DNA from: Candidatus Obscuribacteraceae bacterium
GTDB taxonomy: Bacteria; Cyanobacteriota; Vampirovibrionia; Obscuribacterales; Obscuribacteraceae
Length of the DNA: 64,000 nt
Assembly (NCBI GenBank): GCA_044226015.1
Contig: JBGAHS010000005.1
Span: forward strand, 96,001-160,000
Direction: 5' to 3'
Numbering within the stretch: position 1 is the stretch's first letter; every line of letters starts with the position of its first letter. The position numbers and the translations under genes were made by a program. The notes under the pieces are model-generated. The model saw only the letters and a program-made list of their open reading frames with translations. It was not told the origin of the DNA and did not search any database. Positions 9,276 through 19,850 of the stretch are shown piece by piece.

Positions 9276-10175
9276 ATGAGCCTTACTAAGATGTTTCCGA
9301 ACCGGTCGATTTCACTGCTCTCCATATTTTTTGCAGCGTCTTTGACACTTACTCCTGCAGTCGTCTCCGCCCAGAATTACGGCTACGACAATTCGAGTCA
9401 GTTTCAACAGCAGCAGCCAGCCCAGGGTCAGCAAGCCTACCAGGGCTATCAGTCCGATCCCGGACAACAGGCATTCGGAGGCGACCCCAATGGCGGTTAC
9501 CAGAATCAACAGCCGCAACAACAGCAGCAGCAACAATATCCGAGCCAATCTTACGGCGGTGACCAATATGGAAATCCACAAGGTGATCAAACTTACTATG
9601 GCTATGCCGCTGATGCCCAGAGAAATGGAGCACAGGTCAACTCCCAGCCTCCACCGCAGTATGGAAATCAACAACCTGTGTATGGACAGCAAGGAAATCC
9701 AGGTCAACAATCAGCCAGTAACCAACCGGCCAACCTGCAGCAATTTCTTGATGAGTCAGATAAGCAGCAAGCAAATAAAGGTGGAAAGCAGGCCAAGCCG
9801 AAGTCTGCTGGTCCTAATAAGTTAGTTCAGGCCGGAAGCTCCCTTGCAAAGGTCGGGGGCAATATGGCTATTGGTTATTTCATGGGTAAAGCCATGCAGC
9901 GAAACGCCACGAATATGGGCGTTCCGAAGCGTATGACTCGCAGTATGCCTATGACCGGAATGATGGGTGGACTAGCCGGAAATCCGATGGCTGCCGCTCA
10001 GATGCCGATGATGGGCGGAGGCGGCTATTATCCCAACTACGGTTACGGCGGGGGATACCCACCGCCGCCAGGTTATGGTGGATACCCACCACCTTATTAT
10101 CCTGGAAACGGATATGGAGCACCGATGGGCGCCAACGTTATGACCGGGCTCAATAACCTGGTAAATCAGCGATAA
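9276..10175 (+). CDS. Secreted Gln/Gly/Tyr-rich low-complexity protein
   Basis: Signal peptide ending VSA; Q/G/Y/P-rich body. Confidence 0.75.
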   Translation: MSLTKMFPNRSISLLSIFFAASLTLTPAVVSAQNYGYDNSSQFQQQQPAQGQQAYQGYQSDPGQQAFGGDPNGGYQNQQPQQQQQQQYPSQSYGGDQYGNPQGDQTYYGYAADAQRNGAQVNSQPPPQYGNQQPVYGQQGNPGQQSASNQPANLQQFLDESDKQQANKGGKQAKPKSAGPNKLVQAGSSLAKVGGNMAIGYFMGKAMQRNATNMGVPKRMTRSMPMTGMMGGLAGNPMAAAQMPMMGGGGYYPNYGYGGGYPPPPGYGGYPPPYYPGNGYGAPMGANVMTGLNNLVNQR

Positions 10176-10249
10176 GACCTGGTGTATCAGCAATTAAGCT
10201 AATTTTGGGAGTTTTGCTTGGAGTTTTCTTTTAGTTCTGGATTGCAGAG

Positions 10250-10936
10250 CTAAATCAGACCCCTGCGCATTGCTTTTACTGCTGCTTCCGTTCTGCCAGA
10301 AACCGCAAGCTTTTCCAGAATGTGCTCTACGTGAGTACGAACCGTAGACACGCCGATAACCAGCCTGTCAGCGATTTCCTTGTTGCTGAGTCCATCAACC
10401 ATTAACTTCAGTACTTCGGTTTCCCTTTGAGAGAGAGGCGAAATCATTTCGTCGGTTTTGTTTGGCTCTACGGCAACTTGCGCAACACCGCCCGCTGCGC
10501 CATCTTTAGCAAAAATTGTCAGCACTTTGCTGGCAATTCGCGGGTCGAGCCAGGCAGCGCCCTCTGAAACACTCAGAATTGCTCGCTTGAGTCGGTCGGG
10601 GCTCAAATCCTTCAAACAGTAACCGTTTGCACCAGCAGCCAGTGACGCGAAAATCTCCTGGTCGTTATCATGAGATGTAAGCATGATGATTTTCGTGTTG
10701 GGACGTTTCTCTCTGACCTGGCGGGTGGCTTCAATGCCATCGATGCCTGGCAGACCAATGTCCATAATCACAACATCTGGGTCTGCGTTAGCTATTTTGT
10801 TTACGGCTGTCAAGCCATCGGCAGCTTCGCCTACAACTTCGAATTGTCCATCTTTGTGGAGTGCTGCTCTGAGACCATCTCGCAGGAGTTCGTGGTCTTC
10901 AACAAGAAAAACTTTTACTGCAGCTGTGCTGCTCAT
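10250..10936 (-). CDS. NarL/FixJ-family response regulator
   Basis: REC (VEDH, MDIGLP, LKD) plus LuxR HTH (LSQRETEVL...TVRTHVEHILEKL). Confidence 0.95.
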   Translation of the reverse strand: MSSTAAVKVFLVEDHELLRDGLRAALHKDGQFEVVGEAADGLTAVNKIANADPDVVIMDIGLPGIDGIEATRQVREKRPNTKIIMLTSHDNDQEIFASLAAGANGYCLKDLSPDRLKRAILSVSEGAAWLDPRIASKVLTIFAKDGAAGGVAQVAVEPNKTDEMISPLSQRETEVLKLMVDGLSNKEIADRLVIGVSTVRTHVEHILEKLAVSGRTEAAVKAMRRGLI

Positions 10937-11040
10937 GGCAGCCCCCTTTCGAAAAATCGTGTGAACGCAGACTATGTCTTTAGATATTATATTGCCACTG
11001 GGTTCATATTTTTAGTCCACACCCCAAAAGAAAGAGCCAT

Positions 11041-12114
11041 ATGAAAATCCTGATTGCAGATGATGATCCCCACTCATTGCGTTTGCTCAGATTGATTCTA
11101 TTGAAAGACGGCTATGAGGTTGTAACTGCCAGCAATGGCAAAGAGGCTCTTGCAATCCTCGAGCAGAGAGATTCGCCGCGCCTGGTTGTTTTAGATTGGA
11201 TGATGCCAGATGTTGATGGATTGACAATTTGTCGGAAGATTCGGGCTGCTGAAACAGAGGATGAATACCGGTACATCGTGCTTGTCACCGCGCGTGGTGA
11301 GACGGAAGATTTGGTTACTGGCATGAATGCTGGTGCAGATGACTACATTGTGAAACCCTTTCACGAGTCAGAATTAAAAGTAAGACTCAGGGCTGGGAAG
11401 AGAATTCTCGACTTGCACAAGCAGTTGCTTGAGCGAACTCAAACAGTGCAGGACTTTGTATATGCATTTTCCCACGACATGCGTACACCGCTAATCGCGA
11501 TCAATCTAACCATGTCACAGGCTATTGAAGGCATTTTTGGCGACATGACAAATGAGTATGTGAACATACTTCGGAAATCAAAGCGTTCAATTCAAGAATT
11601 GATGAATATGGCGGATACACTGCTTATGGTGGCACGCTATGAATACAATCAGAAAGCTCTGGAAAACAACTCGATTGATTTGAATCAAACTGCGCGTGCT
11701 TGTGCTGAAGAACTTGAACCTATTGCGGCTAGTAAGGGCATAAAGATTAAAGTGTCGTCGCCTGAGACTCGTCCAGTAATTAATGGAGACGCGCAGTCAC
11801 TGCGGCGTTTGTTTATCAACCTGATAGACAATGCAGTTAAATTCAGTCCTGAGGGCAGCTCGATCAAAGTTAGCTTTGAAAATTCGGGAAACAAAATAAT
11901 CACGTCAATCATTGACTCCGGACAGGGTGTGCCTGAGGAAGAACAGAACTTGTTGTTTCAACGCTTTTCCAGTAAAACTCGGCGAAAAGGCAGTGGTACT
12001 GGACTCGGTTTGTATCTCTGCAAGAGAATTGCGGAGGATCATGGGGGAGATTTGACTTACAGGCTAGATGCTTCTGTAGGCAGCGCTTTTGTATTAGAAC
12101 TGCCAGTTAGCTAA
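11041..12114 (+). CDS. Cytoplasmic hybrid histidine kinase (REC-HisKA-HATPase)
   Basis: ADDD, LDWMMP, FSHDMRTPL, NLIDNAVKF, DSGQG, GTGLGL. Confidence 0.93.
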   Translation: MKILIADDDPHSLRLLRLILLKDGYEVVTASNGKEALAILEQRDSPRLVVLDWMMPDVDGLTICRKIRAAETEDEYRYIVLVTARGETEDLVTGMNAGADDYIVKPFHESELKVRLRAGKRILDLHKQLLERTQTVQDFVYAFSHDMRTPLIAINLTMSQAIEGIFGDMTNEYVNILRKSKRSIQELMNMADTLLMVARYEYNQKALENNSIDLNQTARACAEELEPIAASKGIKIKVSSPETRPVINGDAQSLRRLFINLIDNAVKFSPEGSSIKVSFENSGNKIITSIIDSGQGVPEEEQNLLFQRFSSKTRRKGSGTGLGLYLCKRIAEDHGGDLTYRLDASVGSAFVLELPVS

Positions 12115-12242
12115 ATCTTTTGACGTTTCAAAAATTTTTCAGAACTCCTGAATATTATACCAACATGAAAACGGGCTGCGGTTTACGCTACAACCCTGCC
12201 AACTCCAACTCCGCCGTAACCCGTTTTCGTTTACTACTTTTG

Positions 12243-14000
12243 TTAAAACTTCTTGCCAAAGTGTTTTTCTAGAGTCGCGATGTCTTTTGTCCAATTCATC
12301 ATCGCTACGTCATCTGGAAACTTGCCTGCGAAATCTTTGAGCAAAATGCTTTGCCCTTCTTTTGCAACAATCTCTGAAATGTCATACAAATGACTGGCAT
12401 TTGAAAATGACAACATCAAGACAATGTATTTATATGCTTCAACTCTCTGGTCGTGAGGCGCGACCTTCAATACGGCAACTGTTTCCTGGGCAAGTTTGAG
12501 AGCCTCATCTCTGTTTCCATATTTGATATAGGTGATGAATAGAGTTGCTTGATACGCGACATAACGTGGATCGTGCGGGTCTAAGCGTTTCAGCTGCTGC
12601 GCTGTAACGGCCTGTTGAAGTTCCATATCCATATCATGGTGACCCAGAGAACCGAGTAATCGTGCTGTTTCTAGAATCGCAGCAAATGCTCGCTTGTTCG
12701 TCATGTGTTTCAATTTCAAAATCTTGTAAAGTTGAAGGGCCCGTTGTTCGGCAGCAGCTGTGTTGTTAGATAGTGCTTCGGCTTTCGCTGCAAGGGCCAG
12801 CGTTTCACAGGATTGAATGCTGTTGGGTCCGTATTCAAGAAAACGGAAATTATATTGTTCGGAAAGAATAGTTAGCGCCTGCGGACATTTGCCTTTTAAC
12901 AGAAGCACATTTGCATACGCTGTCAGAATAATGTCGTAGTCTCTGTCATAAGGCAAGTGCTTCTCCCTCATGTATCTGGCTGCAGCCAGGCATGTTCGTT
13001 CAACATCATCGGTTTTGTTGAGTTTTAACTGAGCTTGAGCCAGGCAAGACAGACAGTGCATTACGCGCCTGTCCTCGAAAATAGAGTTTTTAGCATTCTC
13101 AAAAGCCTGTTTGTAATAGGTTTCGGCTGTTTCAAAGTCGTTGTTCTTGAAGGCAGCACTTCCTTCAGAAAGCATCTTGGTGCAACTTGCATCACTAACT
13201 AGTTTTTGGGCTTCGTCATTTCTTCCCATTTCTTTCAGTACATTGAGATAACCATCACGAATGTCGACTAGCAAGAACTCAGTGCAATGTGAGGCGGCTG
13301 CGTACTGTAGTGAACGCTGATATGCATCAGAGGCGGCATCAAAATTCTTTGTTTGGACTGAAACTTGAGCCAGTCCGATGAGGCTATTTACTAGCTCTTG
13401 GCCGAGTTGCGAATCTTCGATGTTCCATTTATCGCCACTGATCATTGACTGATAAATTCCCGCAGCCTTTGCAAACGCGTTAGCCGCGTCATTAAAATTG
13501 TCGTTGCTCGCGTAAAGGTCTGCCATATGAGCAAGCGCGTTAGCGAGATCTTCACGGGTTAGCTTTCGTAGCAAATCGTACTCTACCATCTCAAATTTGC
13601 TTCCGTCGCTCATTTTGACATTTTGCTGTTTTGCATAATATTCTTCGGCACTTTCCAGTACCTTGATCGCTTTTTTGTATGCCGATTGGGCTGCTTTGTA
13701 TTGATTTTGTGCTTTGCATACGTCGCCCAAAACGGTGTAGCTTACACCGAGTCTGAAGTCAGATTCCCCAAATCCCTCTGCTTGAGAAACCGCTTCCTCT
13801 GCTAAGTTTCTTGCAGATTTATACTGGTGTTTTTTCAGGGATTGCATGGCGCCAATTCGGCATTTCTCCCAGAAACGCAGGCGATATTCCCGATCGAAGT
13901 TATTTACACTGCAACTGGTCAGCCCCAGGCAAATTAGCAGTCCGATGGCTGCTCTTTTCCGGTTTTGTCCCTGGGTAATTCTCAAGACGAACTTTTCCAT
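12243..14000 (-). CDS. TPR-like repeat protein, possible lipoprotein
   Basis: Hydrophobic N-terminus with LTSC lipobox-like motif; long alpha-helical TPR-like repeats. Confidence 0.75.
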   Translation of the reverse strand: MEKFVLRITQGQNRKRAAIGLLICLGLTSCSVNNFDREYRLRFWEKCRIGAMQSLKKHQYKSARNLAEEAVSQAEGFGESDFRLGVSYTVLGDVCKAQNQYKAAQSAYKKAIKVLESAEEYYAKQQNVKMSDGSKFEMVEYDLLRKLTREDLANALAHMADLYASNDNFNDAANAFAKAAGIYQSMISGDKWNIEDSQLGQELVNSLIGLAQVSVQTKNFDAASDAYQRSLQYAAASHCTEFLLVDIRDGYLNVLKEMGRNDEAQKLVSDASCTKMLSEGSAAFKNNDFETAETYYKQAFENAKNSIFEDRRVMHCLSCLAQAQLKLNKTDDVERTCLAAARYMREKHLPYDRDYDIILTAYANVLLLKGKCPQALTILSEQYNFRFLEYGPNSIQSCETLALAAKAEALSNNTAAAEQRALQLYKILKLKHMTNKRAFAAILETARLLGSLGHHDMDMELQQAVTAQQLKRLDPHDPRYVAYQATLFITYIKYGNRDEALKLAQETVAVLKVAPHDQRVEAYKYIVLMLSFSNASHLYDISEIVAKEGQSILLKDFAGKFPDDVAMMNWTKDIATLEKHFGKKF

Positions 14001-14099
14001 CACTTGTGTAGCAGAATTATCATGCCCAATTACCAGGGGTTTGATATTGGGGTAATCCGTGGCAATATTAAATGGGCTAAGTCCTTTGTGGAGAGTTTC

Positions 14100-14774
14100 A
14101 TGGCTAAGATCCTGCTTGTCGAGGATGATTCTGATCTTTCCGGAAGAGTATGTGAATGGCTAGCTTTCGAACAGCATGCAGTTGAGGCAGTGTTCGATGG
14201 GGGCGAAGCTACCGAGCGGCTCAAATTTTATCAGTATGAGCTGATTATTCTTGACTGGGATTTGCCAAAAAAGCCGGGAATTGACGTATGCAAGGAATTC
14301 CGCGGGCGAGGTGGCTTGACACCCATTTTAATGTTGACTGGAAAAGGTACGGTTAACGATAAGGAAATAGGTTTAGACGCAGGTGCAGACGATTACCTGA
14401 CCAAACCGTTTCACTTGAAAGAATTATCGGCCAGAATCAGAGCGCTGCTCAGGCGCCCAGCAACATTCACCGGTACAACTCTGAAAATTGGGACCCTGGA
14501 AATCGATCCATCGAGCCATCAGCTTACCGTTGATGGTCGAGAGGTTAATTTGTTGCCTAAGGAATACGCGATTCTGGAATTCCTCATGAGGCACCCAAAT
14601 GAAGTGTTCAGTCCTGATGCTCTATTGAATCGTGTCTGGAATTCAGAAAGCGACGCTTCTACTGATACCGTTTACACATATATCAAAACCCTGCGCAAGA
14701 AGGTGTCGCCTGATGCACCATCTTCCATTATCAAAACTGTACATGGTGTCGGCTATAAATTGGAAAGTAAGTAA
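14100..14774 (+). CDS. OmpR/PhoB-family response regulator
   Basis: MAKILLVEDD, LDWDLP, GADDYLTKPF, winged helix ...IKTVHGVGY; GGAG RBS before ATG 14100. Confidence 0.95.
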   Translation: MAKILLVEDDSDLSGRVCEWLAFEQHAVEAVFDGGEATERLKFYQYELIILDWDLPKKPGIDVCKEFRGRGGLTPILMLTGKGTVNDKEIGLDAGADDYLTKPFHLKELSARIRALLRRPATFTGTTLKIGTLEIDPSSHQLTVDGREVNLLPKEYAILEFLMRHPNEVFSPDALLNRVWNSESDASTDTVYTYIKTLRKKVSPDAPSSIIKTVHGVGYKLESK

Positions 14775-14776
14775 AC

Positions 14777-14826
14777 AAGCCACATCTAAGTGTTAGCTGT
14801 GGCTTTGATTTGATTTGATTTGATTG
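14777..14826 (+). terminator. Probable terminator hairpin followed by (TTTGA)n
   Basis: aagccaca...tgtggctt then tgatttgatttgatttgatt between convergent genes. Confidence 0.55.
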
Positions 14827-14832
14827 ATGACT

Positions 14833-15477
14833 TCACGCTAAAAGCTTGTTGCTGTGAAAATTCACTTCATCATAATAATCAATTGAACGTGCTTTTGTTT
14901 TGCGCTCGGTATTCTGGTTCGCTCTTCTTTCTCCGCGTGGATTCTCAATGGTTTCTGAGCGATTCATTTCTTGGGGGCGACTCGACGATCCGTCCGTAGA
15001 TGGTACTGTAGGCGGTGGCTGGTCTTGGGGGCGGGCAGCATCGTTTCTTCTAGTGCGTTCTTTGTTAGGTTCATTTTCTGACCTTTGATTGACTTCACCC
15101 TGATGAAATCGATAAGGGTCATTTTTGTTTTCACTTGAATCTGGCTTGTTTTCATCTTGTTTCTTAAAAACCTTGCTCTGACCCTGGTTCTCGACACCAT
15201 AACTCGCTGTCAGCTTACCATGTTGATCAACTTGATAGAGTTTGTGTGCTGACCCCTGCTTATTGTCGGCAATCAGTAAATGTCCGCTAGAATCTTGTCC
15301 GACAATGTTCAGCCCAGGCAGTAAGCCACCTCTGTGCAACTCATTGTTCAATTTTGCAAGGTCTAAATCGTTGGCTTTGGTATTGGTCTTGCGAAACATC
15401 TCGACAGATATCGCCGTCGCCGCTTTGTCAGGCATTAGCTGATCGCCAGTTTTTACTTGCTGTTCAAATCTACTCAT
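14833..15477 (-). CDS. Hypothetical protein
   Basis: 214-aa ORF with GGAG RBS; disordered C-terminal half. Confidence 0.65.
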   Translation of the reverse strand: MSRFEQQVKTGDQLMPDKAATAISVEMFRKTNTKANDLDLAKLNNELHRGGLLPGLNIVGQDSSGHLLIADNKQGSAHKLYQVDQHGKLTASYGVENQGQSKVFKKQDENKPDSSENKNDPYRFHQGEVNQRSENEPNKERTRRNDAARPQDQPPPTVPSTDGSSSRPQEMNRSETIENPRGERRANQNTERKTKARSIDYYDEVNFHSNKLLA

Positions 15478-15848
15478 TGTTGTTCTCCGAATTGAGTTTG
15501 CTCATTTTGCTGGAGAGTCACGGCGAAATAAGTTCGTTTTTGTGGCAATTTTGGGTCACGGCATAAAATCTCAAGACGTGCACCATTCTTTAGTCATACA
15601 TCAAATGATGGCGACTCGACGAAGCAACGATTTGAGCAGGACGATTTAAGGATAAGACCGGAATTTGTCACAAAGATGAACCATTTCTGATCTTCTGTTT
15701 CTGCACAATCAAGGTACTGAAAACAAATTGTCTCTCCACGAAAGGAGAAGAAGAGTTACCCCTTGAGAAAGCCTCAAATGCATTTTCAAGGATTTTTCAA
15801 AAGTGGCAGTTAAATTGGTTAGACCAGGTAAAGGACGGGCTTATTTCG

Positions 15849-16493
15849 ATGAAAACAACTTCGTTTTCCGGAATGCAAATTCCATCAATTGAATCAGTCA
15901 GCGGCGACGGCATTGCGACTGTACAAGAAACACCTATCGTAGGTAGGCACAATGCAAAAAGAGTTACCACCACGACCAGAGATGGCTCGGGTGCCGTAAG
16001 TACAATATTAGTTGAAGAATTTCACGGTGAGCGCTTGATGTCGAGGCAGCTCGAACAGAATATTCCGACGCGGTCAGTGACAAGAGAACTTTACGAGGCT
16101 GATGGGGCACTGATTAGCAGTGAAACAGAACGACGCGACTTGAATGGACGGAATACAAAAATTGTCGTTAGAGGTTCGGGCAAATCGTCAACAACGCGCA
16201 TCTTGTGCGGCGACGTAGAGGCGCGAGCAACCGAACGCTCTGTTTTGATTGAGACTCCAAAGGCGAGTTATAGCTTCTATCCTTTTGATGGAAAATGGAG
16301 TTCTTTCTATAAGGAAATAAACATGAAGTTAGAGCTGAAGGCTAATTTCTTGAAGAGTCCGGACTCAATTTTGAATGGACCTGATGGAATCAAGATTGTC
16401 TTCAAAGGCGGACGTATGGTTGATTTGTTGGTTGCTTCTGAGTTTGAACCAAGTTCCTCCGAGATACCTTCAGGAGCAAACGCTATTGTTTAG
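15849..16493 (+). CDS. Hypothetical protein
   Basis: 214-aa ORF, beta-rich composition, AAGGA upstream. Confidence 0.6.
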   Translation: MKTTSFSGMQIPSIESVSGDGIATVQETPIVGRHNAKRVTTTTRDGSGAVSTILVEEFHGERLMSRQLEQNIPTRSVTRELYEADGALISSETERRDLNGRNTKIVVRGSGKSSTTRILCGDVEARATERSVLIETPKASYSFYPFDGKWSSFYKEINMKLELKANFLKSPDSILNGPDGIKIVFKGGRMVDLLVASEFEPSSSEIPSGANAIV

Positions 16494-16538
16494 TTGCTGA
16501 TTAGTTGTGTAAGCGGAGATGAGGTGCTTTCGGTCTAT

Positions 16539-18092
16539 CTAACGGTTTGCGATCTTCTTTGTGCGCTCTGTTTTGCTGGTTTCGATAAGCTCAGTGTCAG
16601 ATGGTTTTTCAGAAGGCTTTTCCACTGGAATGCGGAACCAGAAAGTGCTGCCTTTTCCTTCTACACTTCGAACACCAATTTCGCCGCTGTGAAGTTCAAC
16701 TAGTGATTTGCATATAGCAAGACCAAGTCCTGTGCCTTTTTTCTTTTTTGCGTCGCCAATTTGATCCACCTGTTGAAACCGTTGGAACATGCTCTTCATG
16801 AAGCTCTCTGGAATGCCTCTTCCCTGGTCGACAACTCTCAATTCAACCGTATTTCCCTCAGCGGGAACAGCTTCCAATGTCACGGTGCTTTCTGCCGGTG
16901 AGAATTTGATCGCGTTGGAAATAAGATTCACTATAACCTGGATGATTCGATCGCCATCTGCGTAAATTTGTAGGTCGGTGTCGACGATCTTGATGTTCAC
17001 ATTTTGCTTTTCTGCGAATGCTTTTACAGATTCGAAAGAACGTTCAAAAATAGGCAACACTGGAGTTCTATGGCAATCGATAGCCAACTGTCCTGCTTCC
17101 ATTTTCTCTATATCTAGCAAGTCGTTGATTAGATTAATCAGGCGAGTTGTGTTGTTCTCTGCGTTTGTGACCTCTTTGTGAGCACGCACCGGCAATGAGC
17201 CTAGTACTCCTTCAGAGAGCAAAGTGAGTGATGCTTGTACTGAAGTTAGTGGTGTGCGAAGGTCATGGCTGACCATCGACACGAGTTCTTGTTTTCGCCT
17301 TGCAGCTTCGGCAAGAGCTTCGGCCATATTGTGAAAGACATGGTCCAGGTGTGCAATTTCGTCTCCGCCCCCGATTCGATCGTGAAGCGTTTGGTGCCGC
17401 GAAAGTCTATCAGTGTTATCCATGAGAATCAATAGGCGTTTTGTCGTGCCACGATTGAAGTAGATTGCCAGTGAAACAGCAAGAATGACATTCGCAAGAA
17501 TGCCTGCAGCAAGGCAGTAAATAACAATCAATCTAGATTTCGCCTCTGCTTGAGGATCTATTTGCTCGGATTTCTCCATTTCTTTGATGAATGCACGCAA
17601 TTCACCTGTCAGGTCAGAAAGCAGAGTTTCCATAACTTCTTTGTCGGCTTGTAATCTGTTAGCCATGCGCGATTCGGCTACCAGAAGGCTGCCTCGGGCG
17701 AGAAGTTCTGTGGCGCGGTTACCGATTTTTTGTACTCTAGTAAGTGCCTCTTTTGTATTTCGACTATCACGCAAAAGAGTCTTCAGATTGGAAATCTGAT
17801 TTGGAATTTCCACGCCCAGGTCTTTATAGCGCTCAAGCATGCGATCGGAACCCGTGGTTCCGTAAATGTACAGGGCGAGCCCGCTGTCCATAATGTTCTT
17901 GAGGAGATTGTTAGACTCTGCCAGCACGGCTTTGGAGTGTCGTTCTCTCCATATTTCGACTTCTGCCTGTTTTAGTGCAAAGATCAGTACCACCACGAAA
18001 AAGATTTCAAACAGCAGCGGTACTGCTACTAGAATTAGACCTTTGTGTGATAGCTGTAGATTAATCTTCATGTCTGGCAGAGGTTTGTCCAA
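16539..18092 (-). CDS. Membrane sensor histidine kinase (2TM-HAMP-HisKA-HATPase)
   Basis: HKGLILVAVPL TM1, GGDEIAHL HAMP, MVSHDLRTPL, NLISNAIKF, DQGRG, GTGLGL; start may be ATG 18071. Confidence 0.95.
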   Translation of the reverse strand: MDKPLPDMKINLQLSHKGLILVAVPLLFEIFFVVVLIFALKQAEVEIWRERHSKAVLAESNNLLKNIMDSGLALYIYGTTGSDRMLERYKDLGVEIPNQISNLKTLLRDSRNTKEALTRVQKIGNRATELLARGSLLVAESRMANRLQADKEVMETLLSDLTGELRAFIKEMEKSEQIDPQAEAKSRLIVIYCLAAGILANVILAVSLAIYFNRGTTKRLLILMDNTDRLSRHQTLHDRIGGGDEIAHLDHVFHNMAEALAEAARRKQELVSMVSHDLRTPLTSVQASLTLLSEGVLGSLPVRAHKEVTNAENNTTRLINLINDLLDIEKMEAGQLAIDCHRTPVLPIFERSFESVKAFAEKQNVNIKIVDTDLQIYADGDRIIQVIVNLISNAIKFSPAESTVTLEAVPAEGNTVELRVVDQGRGIPESFMKSMFQRFQQVDQIGDAKKKKGTGLGLAICKSLVELHSGEIGVRSVEGKGSTFWFRIPVEKPSEKPSDTELIETSKTERTKKIANR

Positions 18093-18300
18093 TCTAAAAA
18101 GTACCCGATTGGCTCTGGTTCAAAGCTTCAATGAGTGTTGTTTTTTGCTGGCATTCTGATAAAGACGAACAATTAATCTTTGCTCTCAATCGCTGCTTGC
18201 GGATGAATTTCGGCAGACTGTCTATAATGACTTTATTGGATCTTTCAGTAAGTAGCGGTGACATTTGCTCAGCGGAAACAATAGCAATTTTTTCGGTTCG

Positions 18301-19773
18301 ATGGCAAAACTCCTTGTATTTTGTCTTATTGCGATTCTGCTATGCAATTCGACGATTGCCGGATGCCCGGCTTATGCGAAAAAGACGAAGCAAGAGAAAA
18401 CTGAGAAATCACCGGGCAGCGATGAAATCAAGCCGACTACGTCCGATGTAATGCCTTTGCCAGCGCCATCTCCTGTTCCTCAAGGTGATCTTCCAGGACA
18501 GGCTGCTGAGCCTCCGGATACTTCGGCAAGAGATGCAGCATCAAATTCGCAAGCCGCTGCAGAGCCATCTCAAAAGCCAGAATCGAGTCTGACGCCAATT
18601 GATATAATGCCATCATCAGGGAAAACTGAATCTAGTTCGTCCGCAGCGAAGATAGACTCTAGCGCTGGGACTTCTTCAACAGCCGCAATAAGTCCCATCT
18701 CAACACCAGCTTCTTCATCTTCTCAAACGACAGGGCAATCATCTAAGTCACAAGGTCCTCGGAAAATTGCACCACTGTCAGGTATGCAAATGCCGAGTGA
18801 AGATATGCCACCAGCAGCACCTGAATTTCAGAAGGATGCACCGACACCATCACAGCTTTTCAATTTGCAAGCACAACAAATTGATGTGAGAGCTGCTGAA
18901 CAACGAAACATGCTGCCACCACCTGCGATGCAAGGCATGACGCCTCGATATGGCATGGGTCAGCCTTATTACGGCAATGCGCAGAATTACAATGCCAATG
19001 CAAATGGAAACTTTTTTTCGGGTAATGCAATTCAAAATGCAGATCCAAGAACACTGACTCAGGTAGATTTGCGAAAAATGGCAAATCATGAAGTGGTCTT
19101 GTTGATAGACCGTTCTTCCTCCATGACAGCGATGGATTGCCCAAACGTTGGAGGGTCTTCTCATCCCAGTTTTGCACCAAAAATGGGTGGACTTATGTCT
19201 GCTTTACTTGGTGTTCCTCTTTTGAACGGTATGGGAATGGGCACCAGTCGATGGGAGTGGTGCCTTCATCAGACAAGTGATTTGTCCCGGCAAACGCAAC
19301 AGATTTACTCGCAGGGCATAACTGTGGTGCTTTTTTCCACAGGATTCGTGACTCTTCCAAATGTGACTTTAGACCAGCTTCCTAGAGTATTCAACGACAA
19401 CTTTCCTTTTGGTGGCACCAACTTGGGACCAGCGCTAGCATCGCAGATTGGTGAGTATTTCAGGCGTCGTGAATACACGCGTGGAAATATCAAACCATTG
19501 ATGATTGGTATCGTTACTGATGGCTGTCCTAACAATCGCACTGCCGTCCGTCAAGCCATCATTCAAGCCACTCAGCTGATGCGAGACCAACAAGAAATCA
19601 CCATAATATTTTTCCTTATCGGCGGTATGGATTATGTTGGTGAGGCGTTCGTGCAGGACCTTACTGTAAATCTAGTGCGCCAAGGTGCACGATTCCCAAT
19701 AGTGCGTGCAGTTTCCTTTGGAGAATTGCAGCGAATCGGTCTTGCAAAGGCTATCGCGGACAATCTGCAGTAA
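18301..19773 (+). CDS. Secreted von Willebrand factor A domain protein
   Basis: Signal peptide, Ser/Pro-rich linker, MIDAS LLIDRSSSM, GGTNL, IVTDG. Confidence 0.85.
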   Translation: MAKLLVFCLIAILLCNSTIAGCPAYAKKTKQEKTEKSPGSDEIKPTTSDVMPLPAPSPVPQGDLPGQAAEPPDTSARDAASNSQAAAEPSQKPESSLTPIDIMPSSGKTESSSSAAKIDSSAGTSSTAAISPISTPASSSSQTTGQSSKSQGPRKIAPLSGMQMPSEDMPPAAPEFQKDAPTPSQLFNLQAQQIDVRAAEQRNMLPPPAMQGMTPRYGMGQPYYGNAQNYNANANGNFFSGNAIQNADPRTLTQVDLRKMANHEVVLLIDRSSSMTAMDCPNVGGSSHPSFAPKMGGLMSALLGVPLLNGMGMGTSRWEWCLHQTSDLSRQTQQIYSQGITVVLFSTGFVTLPNVTLDQLPRVFNDNFPFGGTNLGPALASQIGEYFRRREYTRGNIKPLMIGIVTDGCPNNRTAVRQAIIQATQLMRDQQEITIIFFLIGGMDYVGEAFVQDLTVNLVRQGARFPIVRAVSFGELQRIGLAKAIADNLQ

Positions 19774-19850
19774 TTGCCGATTAAGGCATCAAGTGGGATG
19801 ATTAGGGGAGCTGAAATCTGCCAGCTCCTGGTTAGAGGTGTCAAGTAATA

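Noticed and set aside
13965..14099. N-terminal extension of the OmpR regulator
   Set aside because: Overlaps the divergent gene; the REC domain and RBS point to ATG 14100
15700..15800. Possible riboswitch upstream of 15849 (tctcc-acgaaa-ggaga and ccttgagaa/ttttcaagg hairpins)
   Set aside because: Short hairpins only; I could not match a known riboswitch consensus
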